A stretch of 64,000 nucleotides of DNA from Botryllus schlosseri (taxonomy: Eukaryota), in assembly GCA_051294905.1 (NCBI GenBank), contig CM119372.1:26104001-26168000 (forward strand). The letters run 5' to 3'. The notes under the pieces were generated by a model. That model did not search any database, was not told the origin of the DNA, and saw only the letters and a program-made list of their open reading frames with translations. Within the stretch, counting starts at the first letter, position 1, and each line of letters opens with the position of its first letter. Shown here piece after piece: positions 1-13,196 of this stretch. Made by a program: the position numbers and the translations under genes.

Positions 1-347
1 AATTCCAGAGCCAACACACTATTGGGATTTCGTCTGTTCGTACTGGTACTTGAAAATGCGACCAGAAACTGCTAAGAGTGAGGAAAATTGGTATATTTTA
101 AATGCGAACCATTCGATATCACCAAACAGAGTTATAAAAAGTAGGTTTACCAAGATTTTAACTGGAAACTGAACAGTGAACACAGTGACTTGGACTCGGA
201 CTCGAGTCATCATTCCATGACTCGGACTCGACCCTTTGCTCGCTGACTTGGACTCGGACTTGACTCGGTGGTGAATTGAAATGACTCGACTTGACTCGAG
301 TCAAAACTATAAAAGTGAGATTGACTTGTGACTTGGTTGCAACCCTG
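1..347 (-). mobile_element. partial hAT-type MITE with GACTCGAG-like subterminal repeats
   Basis: Ends in GGTTGCAACCCTG; reverse-complement match to 42308-42800. Confidence 0.75.
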
Positions 348-959
348 AAATTTACCTGACACAATTCCAATTGCGCAGATAGAAAATAGTATTTTGGTAA
401 TTTGTGATTATCCATATTGAATTAAGCCTATGGAGTTCTCGATTACAGTCAAAAATAAATAATCATTAATTTCGATTCTAGAGGTAGACTGTATATATCT
501 CGTAATTTCAATTTGCCTGACATAAATCAAACTGGGTGTTAGAAAAAGCGAAAGTAGAACATATTTTCTGCGGTCTAGAAAACCGATTAGAGGAATATGA
601 TGCATAGGAAAATTTGAAAACGTCATATCGTATGTTACTCAGCATCTGTTGATATACTAGACGGCGGAATGGCGTTGTAGTAAAAATGCAAAATGCAATG
701 ATGAGCAAAGGTTTTGATAAATCACATTATACTGGTTGCCAACATCATATTATCGAGTCATAAATCAGATATCATAGTTATGCAATCCAACGTCTTGAGC
801 AGGGGTGGGCAAACTACGGCCCGCTACGCCGTTCTGTGCGGCCCGCGAGAGTCCAAAGAAACTTTTTAAAAAATTTGATAAAATGAGTACTAAAAATCGA
901 ATTAATGCATGGACTTGATTAACTTTTTCTTAATATATTTCACCATGATAATTCTAAGA

Positions 960-1544
960 CAGTTGTTTTCAAACTGGTGGGCGCGCCCTTCTTGGGGAGA
1001 GAGAGAAAGAGAGATGATATTCTTTTTCGCCTGCACCATCGAGATGCTTTTGACGACGGAGTTGCGATACGGCCCCATGAGGTCATCTAGTCTGCGCCCC
1101 CGTTTTTTTTTCTCCTCCATGCTATCCGAGATTGCTGAGCGCCTAGCAGGATAGCTGCGGATACCAATTTTCGAGTCTTTTGTATGACCCGGCCGGGGAT
1201 CGAACCCACGACCTACCGCTCGAGAAGCCGGACGCATAACCATTACACTATCTCGCTCGGTGGGGGCGTGAAAGCATCTGAAGATGGGCACGAAGCTGAG
1301 GTAAACTGAAAAAAAATTTCGCGCTCGGCGCGATTTTAATCCAATTCATAGTTATTGCTATGTATTTAGTCTGAATTACATATTTGAAAATCTCTCATCC
1401 ACAGTCGTAACCTTCCATGGCATCAAAACCCGTTAGGTTTGCTAGCATCCTGTTTGCGTTTTGTGATATGACGGTGAGGGGGGCGCGAAATCTCTGACCA
1501 TCATACGGGGGCGGGGCGTGTCTTAAAAAGTTTGAGAACCACTG
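960..1544. mobile_element. nested hAT MITE
   Basis: CAGTTGTTTTCAAACT ... AGTTTGAGAACCACTG; TSD degenerate. Confidence 0.75.
996..1258 (-). mobile_element. tRNA-derived SINE, family A
   Basis: Minus strand: A box TAGTGTAATGG, B box GGTTCGATCCC, conserved central domain, (CT)n tail; degenerate second copy ~9000-9100. Confidence 0.85.
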
Positions 1545-2532
1545 ATCCAAGGTAAATACTTAATATCACAGCGGGATAGCTGCAACGAGATTGACATAAT
1601 TTGGATCACCAGTGGGATTTCAGATTGGCCACTTCATTTTCATTTATTTCAGTGATATGCTTATAAAAAACGATTCGGGCGTGTCTTAGGTAGATTCGTT
1701 GTCTGTATGCGTAGAATGGGGGTATTTATATTTTATCTACACATAGTAGAAGCGTGTTTGAAGCTAACTGGTTATGATGCTGTCAGCATTGTGTGTCCTG
1801 GAACTGAGCCAAAAGTAGAATTCGAAAAATCTATGAACAGATCGCTGCTCACAGATTTATATTTCAATCCTGTTCTAAGAATCGGGCCAACCGACTTTCA
1901 ACTCTATAGTTTTAAAAAATTGGTTATTGAGGTCCGCCAGCCTATGAAATCTCGCCACTATATGTTTCTAACGCATGTACGATATCATCAAAGCAATATT
2001 TGGCTAGTTTTAAATAATAATATATATTGTCTCCATGTCCTCACTATATAATCAAATATCAATATCGCATTTTAGTTTATAATCCACATTTTATATAGTG
2101 CGGCCCGCGAGTGAATGCAGATGTTGAATGCGGCCCGTGAGCTCAAAAGTTTGCCCACCCCTGGTCTTGAGCATATCCAACTCTCAGCTACAAATTTGGA
2201 GATCATGCGGTAAAACACTACGAAAACTTGGTACAATTCCCAAGCCAGAAATTCAGATGAAAATATTAGAAAACTGAGGATGGAGGGATGATTTTATGTT
2301 TATCTTTAAGCTGTGCAGAGCATGCCGCTCTTTCAAGGAAAATCGTAGATTGCCACTAATCAAATGACATAAACGTCCATCTGAACGCAATCCAAGATGG
2401 AGCTCAAGGGCGATGAATACGTACTTCCAAATCCCCAGATGGAGAGCAACTCGGGAGATATTATGCTTAGTCATCGCAAATTCGTGTTAGGAAGTCTGGT
2501 ATTTTAACCAGATGTCTAAAGATATAATATAC

Positions 2533-2953
2533 TAGAGCCCGACCGATTATTATCGATTCGCCGATACTATCGAGATGATATCACACTTTGGAATAATTAT
2601 CGGTAGCGGCCATTGGAGGTGAAAAATCATCGGCAGTTTTCGTGGCGTCACAACGTGGCGATAGTAAGTCAGAAAACTATAATGTTCGAACACTAGACTG
2701 AGAATATTGATATATTTCATATGGCTTACAGTTTACAGGTGTCCAGATGCAGCCTTTCAAGTTTATTTCACGTTAAAGTATAATAATAACTGTGAAGCTG
2801 TACAAATAAATGCCATGATGCTTTGTAAACGTGCTTATTAAGGTATATTCCACTTATTTTGAATATCGGCTTAATGTATGGGGACTATCGGCAAATGTGT
2901 GAGATATCGGTTTTATCGGTATCGACCCAAAATCCAACACCGGTCGGGCTCTA
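2533..2953. mobile_element. hAT MITE
   Basis: TIR TAGAGCCCGACCG / CGGTCGGGCTCTA; TSD TAATATAC/CAATATAC; related remnant ends at 41858. Confidence 0.88.
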
Positions 2954-4706
2954 CAATATACCAAAGATTATTTGCTGCCATCTTTGAGCTCGAATGTCCT
3001 GCAGCGACCCCATTGAAAGTCGGATCAATCTGTTGTAGATGTACCTGGCACTAACATAATTACAGAAAGGCAAGTGAAATTGATGGAAGAACTTTACCAG
3101 AAGTGCAAAGGGACGAATATTTGAACATTAAATTTGTGGCAAAGAATAATCTTTGAATTTACATTTTGTTCTTTATTTGGACCAATATCGAAAATTGAAG
3201 TTAGTTTGTGCGTGATATTTTATACGATTTGAACAAAATAATTATAATTTTATTAATGTATAACAAAATGATCATCAATTCCTGCTACAGGCAAAATAAA
3301 TTCACGTCATAACCCTAATGTATACTCATACACATGCTTTATAGCAGGCAACCATTGAACTTTAAGAGATAACACTAATCGAACTAAATTAAGATTAGTT
3401 AAGGGATTAGGATTTATCGAACAGCAACAGTAGTTTATATATTGCACCGATGATGGACAATTCCAGATTTCAGGATGATATCCACCCCGCACATTGTAAT
3501 TGCGTAAACGCACAAAGAAAACGAAAGTGGAAGTCCATTGGCCTACTTCATATGACAACTTCACATCAAGCGGCTATCATCAGGCTAATGCAGTGATTCA
3601 CAAAGTGGGCGCCAGCGTCCCCCAGGGCACGTTCGCGATTGCGAAAGGGGCGATGGCCATGAAATGGGCGATTGGGCAGCGGTGGCTGTAAAATTGAACG
3701 GTAAGGGGGCAATTAGAGCTAATGGGTGCGGTATAGCTCTAGAAGACTACTGTGCTGGGTAGTGTTGAGACGATTGATGAATAGAGCAGCTGAATACGCA
3801 CTAAAAATGCAAAATCGGCTCAAGTGAGTCGTCCGTCGTACCGGAAAAGTCCATTGTTACTTGAATATGTTGATCCCGCCCATCAATGGACTAATTTAGT
3901 AGTCGACCGAATCCCAAGAAAGCGTGGTTCATTGTGTGCCGTGAGAACTACGAATTGTTTGAGCATTTATCACCCAATGCGAGGTGTGACGGCATGCGTT
4001 ATTTCAATCTCTGTTTCAAACGATCGTGGATTTCACCCAGTGCTGCGACCGTGGTCTTCGGCACGGCGTTCTGGTTGCGAGAAACGATATCGCTTCTACT
4101 TAACGGACATATTCTCCAAAATTTATCAGTAGAATACATCCATTCTCACTAATTATGAAACCTGAGCAAAGTGAAAATGGCACTATTCGCATTCAGTGAA
4201 AAGCCAGTGATGTATCACCGAAAGTTTGCGAGACGCTAACTATTGCAATTCGCAAGCTTGCCCGAGCTTCCCGTGTAGCTCGCATACCCGATTTTGACGG
4301 AGATACATAAATTATTCATCTCCGAAAACTGCATGAGGATATGGTGATTTGATTTTAGGATGTATTCCAATTGGAAATTCCCCTACTGGATGATCTATCC
4401 ATTTTGTGCAGTAAACGACCATTTAATGATCGAAGAGCTGCGGTTACATTGTAGAACAATTTTGAGTTCAAACCAAAGTTCAATAACTCTAATCAATCCT
4501 TCTGGATACACAATTAAATCAATTAGAAATACTCTAAATTTCTGACTTTCTCATCGTTGCCCCTCCCCCTCATTTCAGAGAACGTTTTTCAGTGCCGCGA
4601 CCAAGTTTTTTGACTCACAGCAGAAACCAACTTGGCAGTACGGGATGTGGAGATTGCAGCGAATTTCAGAATGACATTGTATTTGTCAAAACTCAAACCT
4701 AATATG

Positions 4707-5654
4707 TAGGGATGGTGTGAACCTCTGAAAGGTTCAGGTTGGTGTGAACCTCTGAAAGGTTCAGGTTCGTGAGAACGCGAACCTTTCTGAAAGGTTCTGT
4801 GTGAACGCGAACTTTTCTGAAAGGTTCCGTGTGAACGCGAACGTGAACGTGAACCTCATGACGTCACGTTGCGTCATATTGCTAATTTCAACCCGACATT
4901 TCAGTGAAGTGAGAGCCTATAATAATGTACACGATACCTAGCGACGACTCGTGCCACTTAATGCCACGATGCTGAAGTACATATTGACGATTTAAACGTC
5001 ACGAACTGTATCAACTGGGGCAATCAAATGATATAATAATCCCATAAAATCAATATCTTCCGCCGCTTTGCCAACTATTTCGACGACGACTTGCATGGGA
5101 GTATAAGCTTACGCCTTAACGGTCTAGGCCAGACTGGGCAATGTATTGGGCGTCTGAGCATTGCTATGCTGATATTAAGCAAAGTGTAAAACGGGTTTCT
5201 ATATACTTGCTACTGATGTTACCCCATTAACAAGTTATACAGCAGTAGCCATCATTCGCTGACTGACTACGTACCTACATGTAGTGTATTTCGCTCTTGA
5301 TGTTTTGTGATTGCGGGTCAAGCTCACAGCAGAGAGTCACTCAATATTCACGAACGGATAGCGGGATATATCGAGCTAACTTTTGTAACAAAGCAAGTAA
5401 AATTTGTGAGATTGTCAAGGTGCATGATCGTTTAGTGTTAATTTTTTTATGTTGCCAGCGCAATTCATAGAGTGACCCGCAGTTGAAATGCTATAAGTTT
5501 CAACCAAAGAAGATATAGTGAAGTGAAAATTGTAATATTTGAAACAGGTTCACAGTGCAGAACCTACCTAGGTTCGTTTGTGAACGTGAACCGCTAAATT
5601 TCGGAGGTTCGCAAACAGAACGCGAACGTGAACCTCGCGTTCACATCATCCCTA
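4707..5654 (+). mobile_element. hAT MITE, TAGGGATGGTGTGAAC family, copy 1
   Basis: TIRs; perfect TSD CTAATATG; GTGAAC subterminal repeats. Confidence 0.93.
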
Positions 5655-6775
5655 CTAATATGACCAGCGTGATGGTAATAATACACCAGCACCATCCGTT
5701 TCAATAGCCAAGCTGTCATAAATGCAGAACAAGTTACGTTTTATTATTTACAACGTGGTGAGGGGCGTCGGGAAGCGCCCGGGGGCCACCAGGGGTGCGG
5801 TAGCTCAACAAAGTTTGGGAAACACTGGCCTAATGTCTATATCGCTTAAGGGCGCTTCTGAAATCGTGAAGAAATTGTATGCAAATCAAATTACTTGTGA
5901 CAAATGCATGAACGTACGCCTGTCACATACGCGGCTATGTTTTGAGGTATACTTGTCATATAGACAGATGAGAAGAGCACTTGCATATATGATATATTAT
6001 TATATTAATAAATAAAAAACGGCCAGTTTCCGTCTTTCGATTCGCTATAACCACAATCGAAGACGTAGTACAATCGTGCAAAGTTGTCCATATGCAAGGC
6101 ATGTATGAAAAGCAGTCATCACGTTGTACTTTAGTACTCATATGCATACGAAGTTTGCTCCTATGAATCGCACTCGTTATCTTTTATGGGTTCGCACCCG
6201 ATGTAGTATTACCCTGGTAATATTATTACTGGTATGGGACAGGCAACTCCATCCCTATTGCTAGATCAAAAGTCAGCGCTATATGGTACGAGGTTACCGA
6301 TTTAATATTGTAGTCAATAAGATTTAGCACTAGGACATTATTGTGAATTATCCTCGACGACTTCATATGATGCTAAATGGGTCAGAAATACCACAGGCCT
6401 ACAACTATGTTAATTGGCACCATTTTTGTGATACAATTTCTAAGTCACTGAAGTGGACACCAAAGTTAGATGCTGCTGTCTTCTTGATGTTCAAGCAGAT
6501 AGGGACGTCAAAGCTTAAATAAGAACTTCTGTAGTACTTCAAATGCAATCTAAAACAGTGAGAAATATTTGGGAGGCACGTGTTTTGTGTAGTAGATTCG
6601 TTTTTAATGTATTGAAGTAATATGAACATTCCCGTGAGTCAAGAGCTCCTGAAACTTGGTGTGTACGCAGAGACAGATCATCGTTCCCGGGTGATACGAG
6701 ATCAGGGGTGGTATGAGAGTTCTGATTTGATATTATATATATATATTGCTGTTTTGGAAGTAACTCAAATTTTAC

Positions 6776-9700
6776 CATTTTTGATATTCGTTACTTGGTA
6801 ATGATTGGACGCTTCAAGATAGGCGAGACTATCCATATTCGAAATTCCATTCGGTAGCTTGAAAAAGGCGTTGCGACTTATCGACAGCCATGTCAAACTG
6901 CTCGCTATTGAACTCCACGCTGTGTCGGGTATCGTAGTGAGGAGATTTGAAGAAAGATCAAGCTTCTCCAACCTGAATCGGGGTTCAATGTATGCGGGAT
7001 TAGTGAATTGATCATATATTTGCTATGAAGTGCAGAATGAATGTATTTATTGTTAAATGTTGAATAAAATTGAATGTTCGTAATATATACGGTAATAAAC
7101 GTATTGTAAAAACATCGCAACAACTTGACCAGTCAAGTGGGTGACTGCATACTGCATAGCACAAAAGTCAATGGCTGTATAGATACGGAATTTGGTACGA
7201 TTTCATTCCCTTGCGCACGACCTAATTATTAAACCTAGCTCACCTTTGCAGGCCTGTAAAAGCACTCTTTTCAATTGTATACAATCGGTTTCCGCTCATG
7301 TTTAGTAGTCTCAAATCTTCGAACATGATAAAGTCATTATCACGAATCACGCTGATAAGGTTGAATTCCAGAAACAAGTTGCGAATCTGACGATATTAAC
7401 GTACGCATGACACCAAAAGCGACGCGAGACATGCGAACTAAGGATGGTGTGAATCTCTGAAAGGTTCAGGTTCGTGTGAACGCGAACCTTCTTGAAAGGT
7501 TCTGTGCGAACGCGAACGTGAACCTCATGACGCCACGTGACGTCATATCGCTAATTCCAAATCTATATTTCAGTGAAGTGAAATATCAATGTACATCATA
7601 CCCAGCGACGAATCAGGTCACATAATGTCACAATGCTGAAATTCAAACAGACTTTTTATATGTCGCCAGAAGTATCAGCTGGGACAATGAATTGTTGATA
7701 TAATAATCCCATAAAATCAATATCTTTAACCGCTTTGCCAACGATTTCGTCGAAGACTTGCAAGGGAATATAAGCTTACGACTTAACGGTATGGGCCAGA
7801 CCGGACAATGTATTCGGCGTCTGAGCGTTGCTACGTTGATATTGAGCAGAGTGCAAAACGCGTTCTTCAATTTGCTACCGATATTACCAACATTAACAAG
7901 TTATGCAGCAGTAGCCAACACCCCGACGCACGGATTCGGTTTTTATGATAAAATAAACATATGAAATCGAGATGGATCCCGTATGCCTGCTAGATTTTTT
8001 TACATCAGACAACAATATCAATTTCATTGATTGGTTGAATAAGCATCATTCGCTGACTACATACAGGTTGCGTATTTCTCTCTTGATGTTATGTGATTGC
8101 GGGTCAAGCTCAGAGCAGAGAGTCACTCAATATTCACAAACGGAAAGTTGGATATTTCGAGCAAACTTCTGTAACAAAGCAAGCAGAATTTTTGATATTG
8201 TCAAGGGGCATGCTCGTTAAGTTTTGATTTTTTATGTTGCCAGCGCCATCTATAGAGTGACTCGCAGTTGAAATGCCGGAAATTTCAACAAAAGGTGAAA
8301 TACATCAAAAAGGTTCACAGTGCAGAACCTACGAAAGTTCGTTTGTGAACGAGAAGCCCTACATTTGTGAGGTTCACACACAGAACGCGAACGTGAACCT
8401 TACGTTCACACCATCCCTAATGTAAACATCATGTCTTACATCAGTCACCAGGCTAGGAAAAGGAACTTCCGTGAAGTTGGAAGCTGCGCAGTTAGCCGTG
8501 ACGACACCTTCAAACTTGACGCATGCACAGTGTTGAATGCAGTCGTAAGCAGCTAAATCACTGCGCATGGTGGCAATCTGTAAGGATATTGCTATGAACA
8601 ACATCAGGCGGGGCGAGATTGCGTAGTGGTATGATCCACAGCTACAACACCAATGGGTTGTTGGCTCGAGTCCGACCGAGGTCGACTCCAGAATTCCTAT
8701 CTAAGTGTTGGAGGTTTATCTAGGCTCTTCCTCGCCACGGGATCTGCGTAAGCAGTGTCTTATAAAAACCTAGAAGTGGACCATGCTAGAAGTCGGTAAA
8801 TACGGAATCAAAAATAAAGAATATCGGTCTGGTGTGAAATGACAAAAGTAGACGAAACACCATAAACATCAAACAAACAAACAACATCATGCAATCGAAT
8901 GCAGAAAATGGCAGATAGGTATGAATTAAGACATAGCAGTTGTTATTATGGAATGAGCTATGACTGGCAATCATGCACCTATAATCTCTTGCGACTTATT
9001 GATCGGTAGCTCGTCGGCTCAAAAAAACTCGATCGTATATTTGGTATCAGCAGCTTCTCTGGTAGGTGCTCAGCACGCCAGGATAGCGTAGAGAGGACAA
9101 ATGGTGGTGTAGTCAAAAATAAACTGAATTGCGTCCTAGCCAAGTGAGATTCACAAACTGAAAGTTAGAAATTGTACTTGTCGCATACTACTAACGAAAT
9201 CTGACTAATTAGTAAGGTTGTTTCAGTATAACTGTCAGAGAAAAGAGTCGTCCGTAGGTTACACATTTAGGGTTGCATTTAAAACAAACGGTGTTTTAAA
9301 ACACTATGTTTAAAACATGTTTTAAACAGTGTTTCAAACAAATGACTTTCTGAAAAAAAATGTTCTTATTCAGATGTTATCTAATTGTGTAAATACGTCC
9401 GAAAAACCATGTAGTAAGAGCCTACGGACGATGTGCAGTGTGCACCCAAAATAGTCGATCAATACGATGTGGGGTGGCTGGAACCTTCGAAATCTTCGTC
9501 GGCTCAACAGTTCTCGAACAGATATAGATCATTGGTACGGAATGGGTGTTCTGATGATGCTGACCACCGACTGTGAAAATACTGCATAACGGTATAGTTC
9601 TGGTTGAAGATGTTTTTCGTCTGTTTATGACAGTGATCGGAAGCCCTTTTCGTCGATGGAACCATATTTACCCTACAAGTTCAATTGTCAATGCCAATCC

Positions 9701-10349
9701 ACTGTGACGTCACAATAAATATTCGTGACGTCATGGCTAAGAAAAAAAAACAATAAAAATATGTTTTAAACAAGGGTCTTGTTTTAAACAAGTTTTGATT
9801 TTTGTTTTAAATGCAACCTATACAGTATACACCAGTGGTTCCCAACCTTACCAACGGACATGATGTAGAAACCGAGGTCAACATAAGAGCTCAACGCCGA
9901 ACATCGCCCCTCAAATTTTGTGAATCGAAAATTCGGTATACAAACTGTAATCGCCGGCGGCTTGACTAAAAAAATAAAATAAAATAAAAAGTTCAACTTT
10001 GCCGTTCGATGTCGAATTTTACACTTTTGCAACTGAATTTTCGTGGGATGACTAAAATAAAAAAAAAACGTCGGTCATTTCTCCGACTTGACTCCAATAT
10101 AGCCGTTTTAACACGTCATCGCCCCCCTATCGCCCCTTCGCTATTTTCACCCCCCGTCGCCCCCTTTGTCCATTTTCACCCCCTTCGTCATTTTCGCCCC
10201 CCTAGACCGCCAAATCGCCACCTGGGGGGCGATATCGCCCACGTTGGGAACCACTGGTATACACATTGCCTGTATTGTACTCCTAAAGTTTGAAGTTTCG
10301 CGTAACATTGTGCAATACTTACCAATAGAGACAGACTCAATATCCTCAT
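6776..10349 (-). CDS. secreted/membrane leucine-rich-repeat protein (signal peptide, LRRNT, LRRs), 5' exons; possibly a pseudogene
   Basis: Exons 10323-10349 (MRILSLSLL), 8440-8577 (IATMRSDLAAYDCIQHCACVKFEGVVTANCAASNFTEVPFPSLVTD), 7244-7386 (IRNLFLEFNLISVIRDNDFIMFEDLRLLNMSGNRLYTIEKSAFTGLQ), ~6776-6972 (LEKLDLSSNLLTTIPDTAWSSIASSLTWLSISRNAFFKLPNGISNMDSLAYLEASNH). Phases are compatible; the donor of the last exon is uncertain. Confidence 0.8.
7439..8419 (+). mobile_element. hAT MITE, TAGGGATGGTGTGAAC family, copy 2 (in LRR gene intron)
   Basis: Colinear with copy 1; TSD ATGCGAAC/ATGTAAAC. Confidence 0.9.
8610..8888 (+). mobile_element. tRNA-derived SINE, family B
   Basis: A-box and B-box-like motifs, shared body, (CAAA)n tail; homologous to four other copies in the window. 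Confidence 0.85.
9268..9820. mobile_element. MITE, TAGGGTTGCATTT family
   Basis: TAGGGTTGCATTTAAAACAAA ... TTTGTTTTAAATGCAACCTA; related copies ~17615-18167, ~32287-32410, 59126-59499. Confidence 0.82.
9833..10256. mobile_element. hAT MITE
   Basis: TIR CAGTGGTTCCCAAC; perfect TSD GTATACAC. Confidence 0.92.
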
Positions 10350-11350
10350 CGCTTCTGTTATGATCTGTGTATTCAAATTTAGAACTATGATTAAGCACAA
10401 GGCAAGAATACCTCACAATTCTACCAACATTCAACATAGAAGTTGAATAAGTGAGTAGAGGACTTGTCAACTTAGATAAGAAACAATGATGCCTCGAGAA
10501 TTGAGGGGTTGGGTGCACAAAATAAGAATCATTTTGTTTGCACCACAGGCTATTTCCGTTCTATGGTATATCAGTAAATAGCAGGGGTGCCTACTATTTT
10601 GCGGGCTACGAGTTACTTTTCGAATGCAGATGTAACTGTGATCTGCCAACGGACTGACTAAGCAAAGGTCAACACACATATATTTGATCCACATTATGAC
10701 TTATCTTCTCATCCGGCCGATGATAGCAAAACTTTGCCGGCCTCTAAAATATTAGTGTTTTCCAAACTTTTTTACACAATGCCTCCCTTTTATGTTGATG
10801 TAATTTATTGCCAGTCCGATATATATCATACGCTATGTCAGAGTTACAGTTTTGTACGACTTCTAGTACAAGCAGTGGTGGCCCTACGAACGGGGTTTGA
10901 ACGGGTCCGCCCCCCAGACCTCCCTTTCGCATCTGTTATTATTATCTATCCTTCACCACGGCAAGGTTTGACCAGGTGCTGGATTCGGCCATATCTATTA
11001 TTGCATGTGTGCAAGGATAGACTACATCAAAACTAAGCAATTCTACCGCGTGCAGAGACGTGATAATTATCGGTATACGGGACTTTTCTAATAAATGCAG
11101 AGATTTGATGATGATTGACACATCTGTACGGAATCATATTCTTGCTTGGTACACGGATTTCCATGTTTATTCGTAATTATCCTTGAAAAAAAGCGCATAA
11201 TCCGAATAGGGGGGGAGCCTTCAACCAGGGGGGCTCCGGGCGACCGCCCACCTCGCCCACCCTAAAAGCACAATCAGGGGAAATATTCAAACAAGGCAAC
11301 TTCTTCCACAAATAATTGTACTTCGTTTTGCTGCGATATGCGCTTAAAAC

Positions 11351-12359
11351 TAGGGATGGTGTGAACCTCTGAAAGGTTCAGGTTCGTGTGAACGCGAACC
11401 TTTTTCAAAGGTTCTGTGTGAACACGAACGTGAACCTCATGACGTCACGTGACGTCATTTTGCTAATTCCAGCCCTACATTTCAGTGAAGCGATATATTA
11501 TTGTACAGTAGTACACGATACTTATCGACGACTCGAGCCGAATAATACCACAATGCTGAAGTATAGGCCTACTGACTTTTTAAACGACGCCAAATGTATC
11601 AACTGGGGCAATCAAATGATATATTAATCCCATAAGATCAATATTTTCCGTAGCTTTGCCAACAATTTCGACGGGGACTTGCAAGGGAATTTAAGCCTAC
11701 GCCTTAACGGTCTAGGCCAGCTCGGACAATGTATTCGTAGTCTCAGTGTTGCTACGTTGATATTGGGCAAAGTGTAGAACAGGTTTCAATATACTTGCTA
11801 CCGATGTTACCCCATAAACAAGTTAAACAGCAGTAGCCAACCCCCCAATTGCACTGATTTGGTTTGTATGATACAATTACCATACGAAATCGAGATTGAC
11901 CCCATGCGCTTGCTAAATTTGTTCCATCAGACAACGATATCAATTTCATTGATTGGTTGAATATGCCTCATTCGCTAACTATACCTACAGGTAGCGCATT
12001 TCGCTTCGCTCTTAATGATTGCGAGTCAAGCTCACAGCAGAAAGCCACTAAATATTCAGAAACGGAAAGCTGGATATTTCAAACAAGCTTCTTTAACAAA
12101 ATAACTAAAATTTTTGAGATTGTACAATGCACAGGTGCATGCTCGCATAGTGTTGATTTTTTTATGCTGCCAGCGCCATGCATACAGTTGAAATGCAATA
12201 AATTCTAACCAAAGATGTTGTAATGAGACGATAAATGTAATGTATGTAAAAGGTTCACAGTGCAGAACCTACCAAGGTTCGTTTGTGAACGCGAACCTCT
12301 AATTTTCTGAGGTTCACACACAGAACGCGAACGTGAACCTCACGTTCACACCACCCCTA
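11351..12359 (+). mobile_element. hAT MITE, TAGGGATGGTGTGAAC family, copy 3
   Basis: Colinear with copy 1; perfect TSD CTTAAAAC. Confidence 0.93.
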
Positions 12360-12411
12360 CTTAAAACCTGATCGGCCTCGTTTTATATGCCTTTGCATCT
12401 CTGCTCATAAT

Positions 12412-13196
12412 CAGGGTTGCCAGATTGGCCCTTTCGGGGCCAAATTCGTGAAATTTGGCCCTTTGTAGAGGCAGTTGGCCCCAAAATAATAATTTGGCCC
12501 CTTGGCCCTTTATTTTCAATTTTTGGCCCTTTTTGGAAGCAGCTGAGACATACCGTCAAACTAAGTATTCAAATAAATCTATCTCGCAAATTGAGCTGAC
12601 AATGTTTATGCCAATGTCAAAGATTCGAGTGGAAACACTGTGGAAGATTGGGATTTGTTTTTGTAGAATGTAGACTGTTTTGGAATTGTAAATACAGATT
12701 TGTGAACAGGTGGACGAAAAAGCATAGAACATGGCTGGAAACTATGTAGCAGAAAAAGTCTGAAGAAGAGCACTCTTATAGTACTTAATGATTGATAGAA
12801 ATTTCAAAGAAAAAAATTCAATATAACCGAAGAGTTTTTTGGTGAAAAACCTAAAAATTAGGTATATAAGTTGGATAAGTTTCAAATGTAAAGAAAATAT
12901 TCTCTCAATGTTTAATTAAAATTCATAAAATTTAATCACTCTCATATTATAGCATATTCAGTCGGAAAAGGCTTGAAATAATGAAGCAGTTATTGTAGTA
13001 GGATCCAGTGTAGTTGCAGGTAGTGGATTTGGTGTCCTACAACAGTATCAACAATATAAAACTGGAATTCCAGGTGTCTATGGGTAATGTTGCAACGTTA
13101 TTGACGTTGTTGAACAATTTGGCCCTTTTTGGCCCCTTTTGGCCCTTTTTCCGGCGCTGTTTGGCCCTTTTTCGCAAAAGATGTCTGGCAACCCTG
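12412..13196. mobile_element. hAT MITE with TTGGCCCT subterminal repeats
   Basis: TIR CAGGGTTGCCAGA / TCTGGCAACCCTG; perfect TSD CTCATAAT. Confidence 0.93.

Larger units (their letters stand above)
800..2163. mobile_element. hAT MITE containing nested insertions
   Basis: TIR CAGGGGTGGGCAAAC / GTTTGCCCACCCCTG; perfect 8-bp TSD GTCTTGAG. Confidence 0.92.
400..6720 (-). pseudogene. putative decayed downstream part of the LRR gene
   Basis: LRR-like fragments broken by stops or frameshifts (TKFQELLTHGNVHITSIH* ~6600-6665; LFYNVTAALRSL ~4420-4460; FMYLRQNRVCELH ~4275-4310; LHFYYNAIPPSSISTDA ~640-690), interleaved with MITEs. Weak similarity judged by eye. Confidence 0.35.

Noticed and set aside
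1185..1258. tRNA gene (also ~8610, ~44370, ~54630, ~55830)
   Set aside because: A/B boxes present but no intact cloverleaf; each runs into a shared SINE body
7643..8220. ORFs recurring in three MITE copies as a possible transposase
   Set aside because: Frames are not conserved between copies and no hAT transposase motifs are visible
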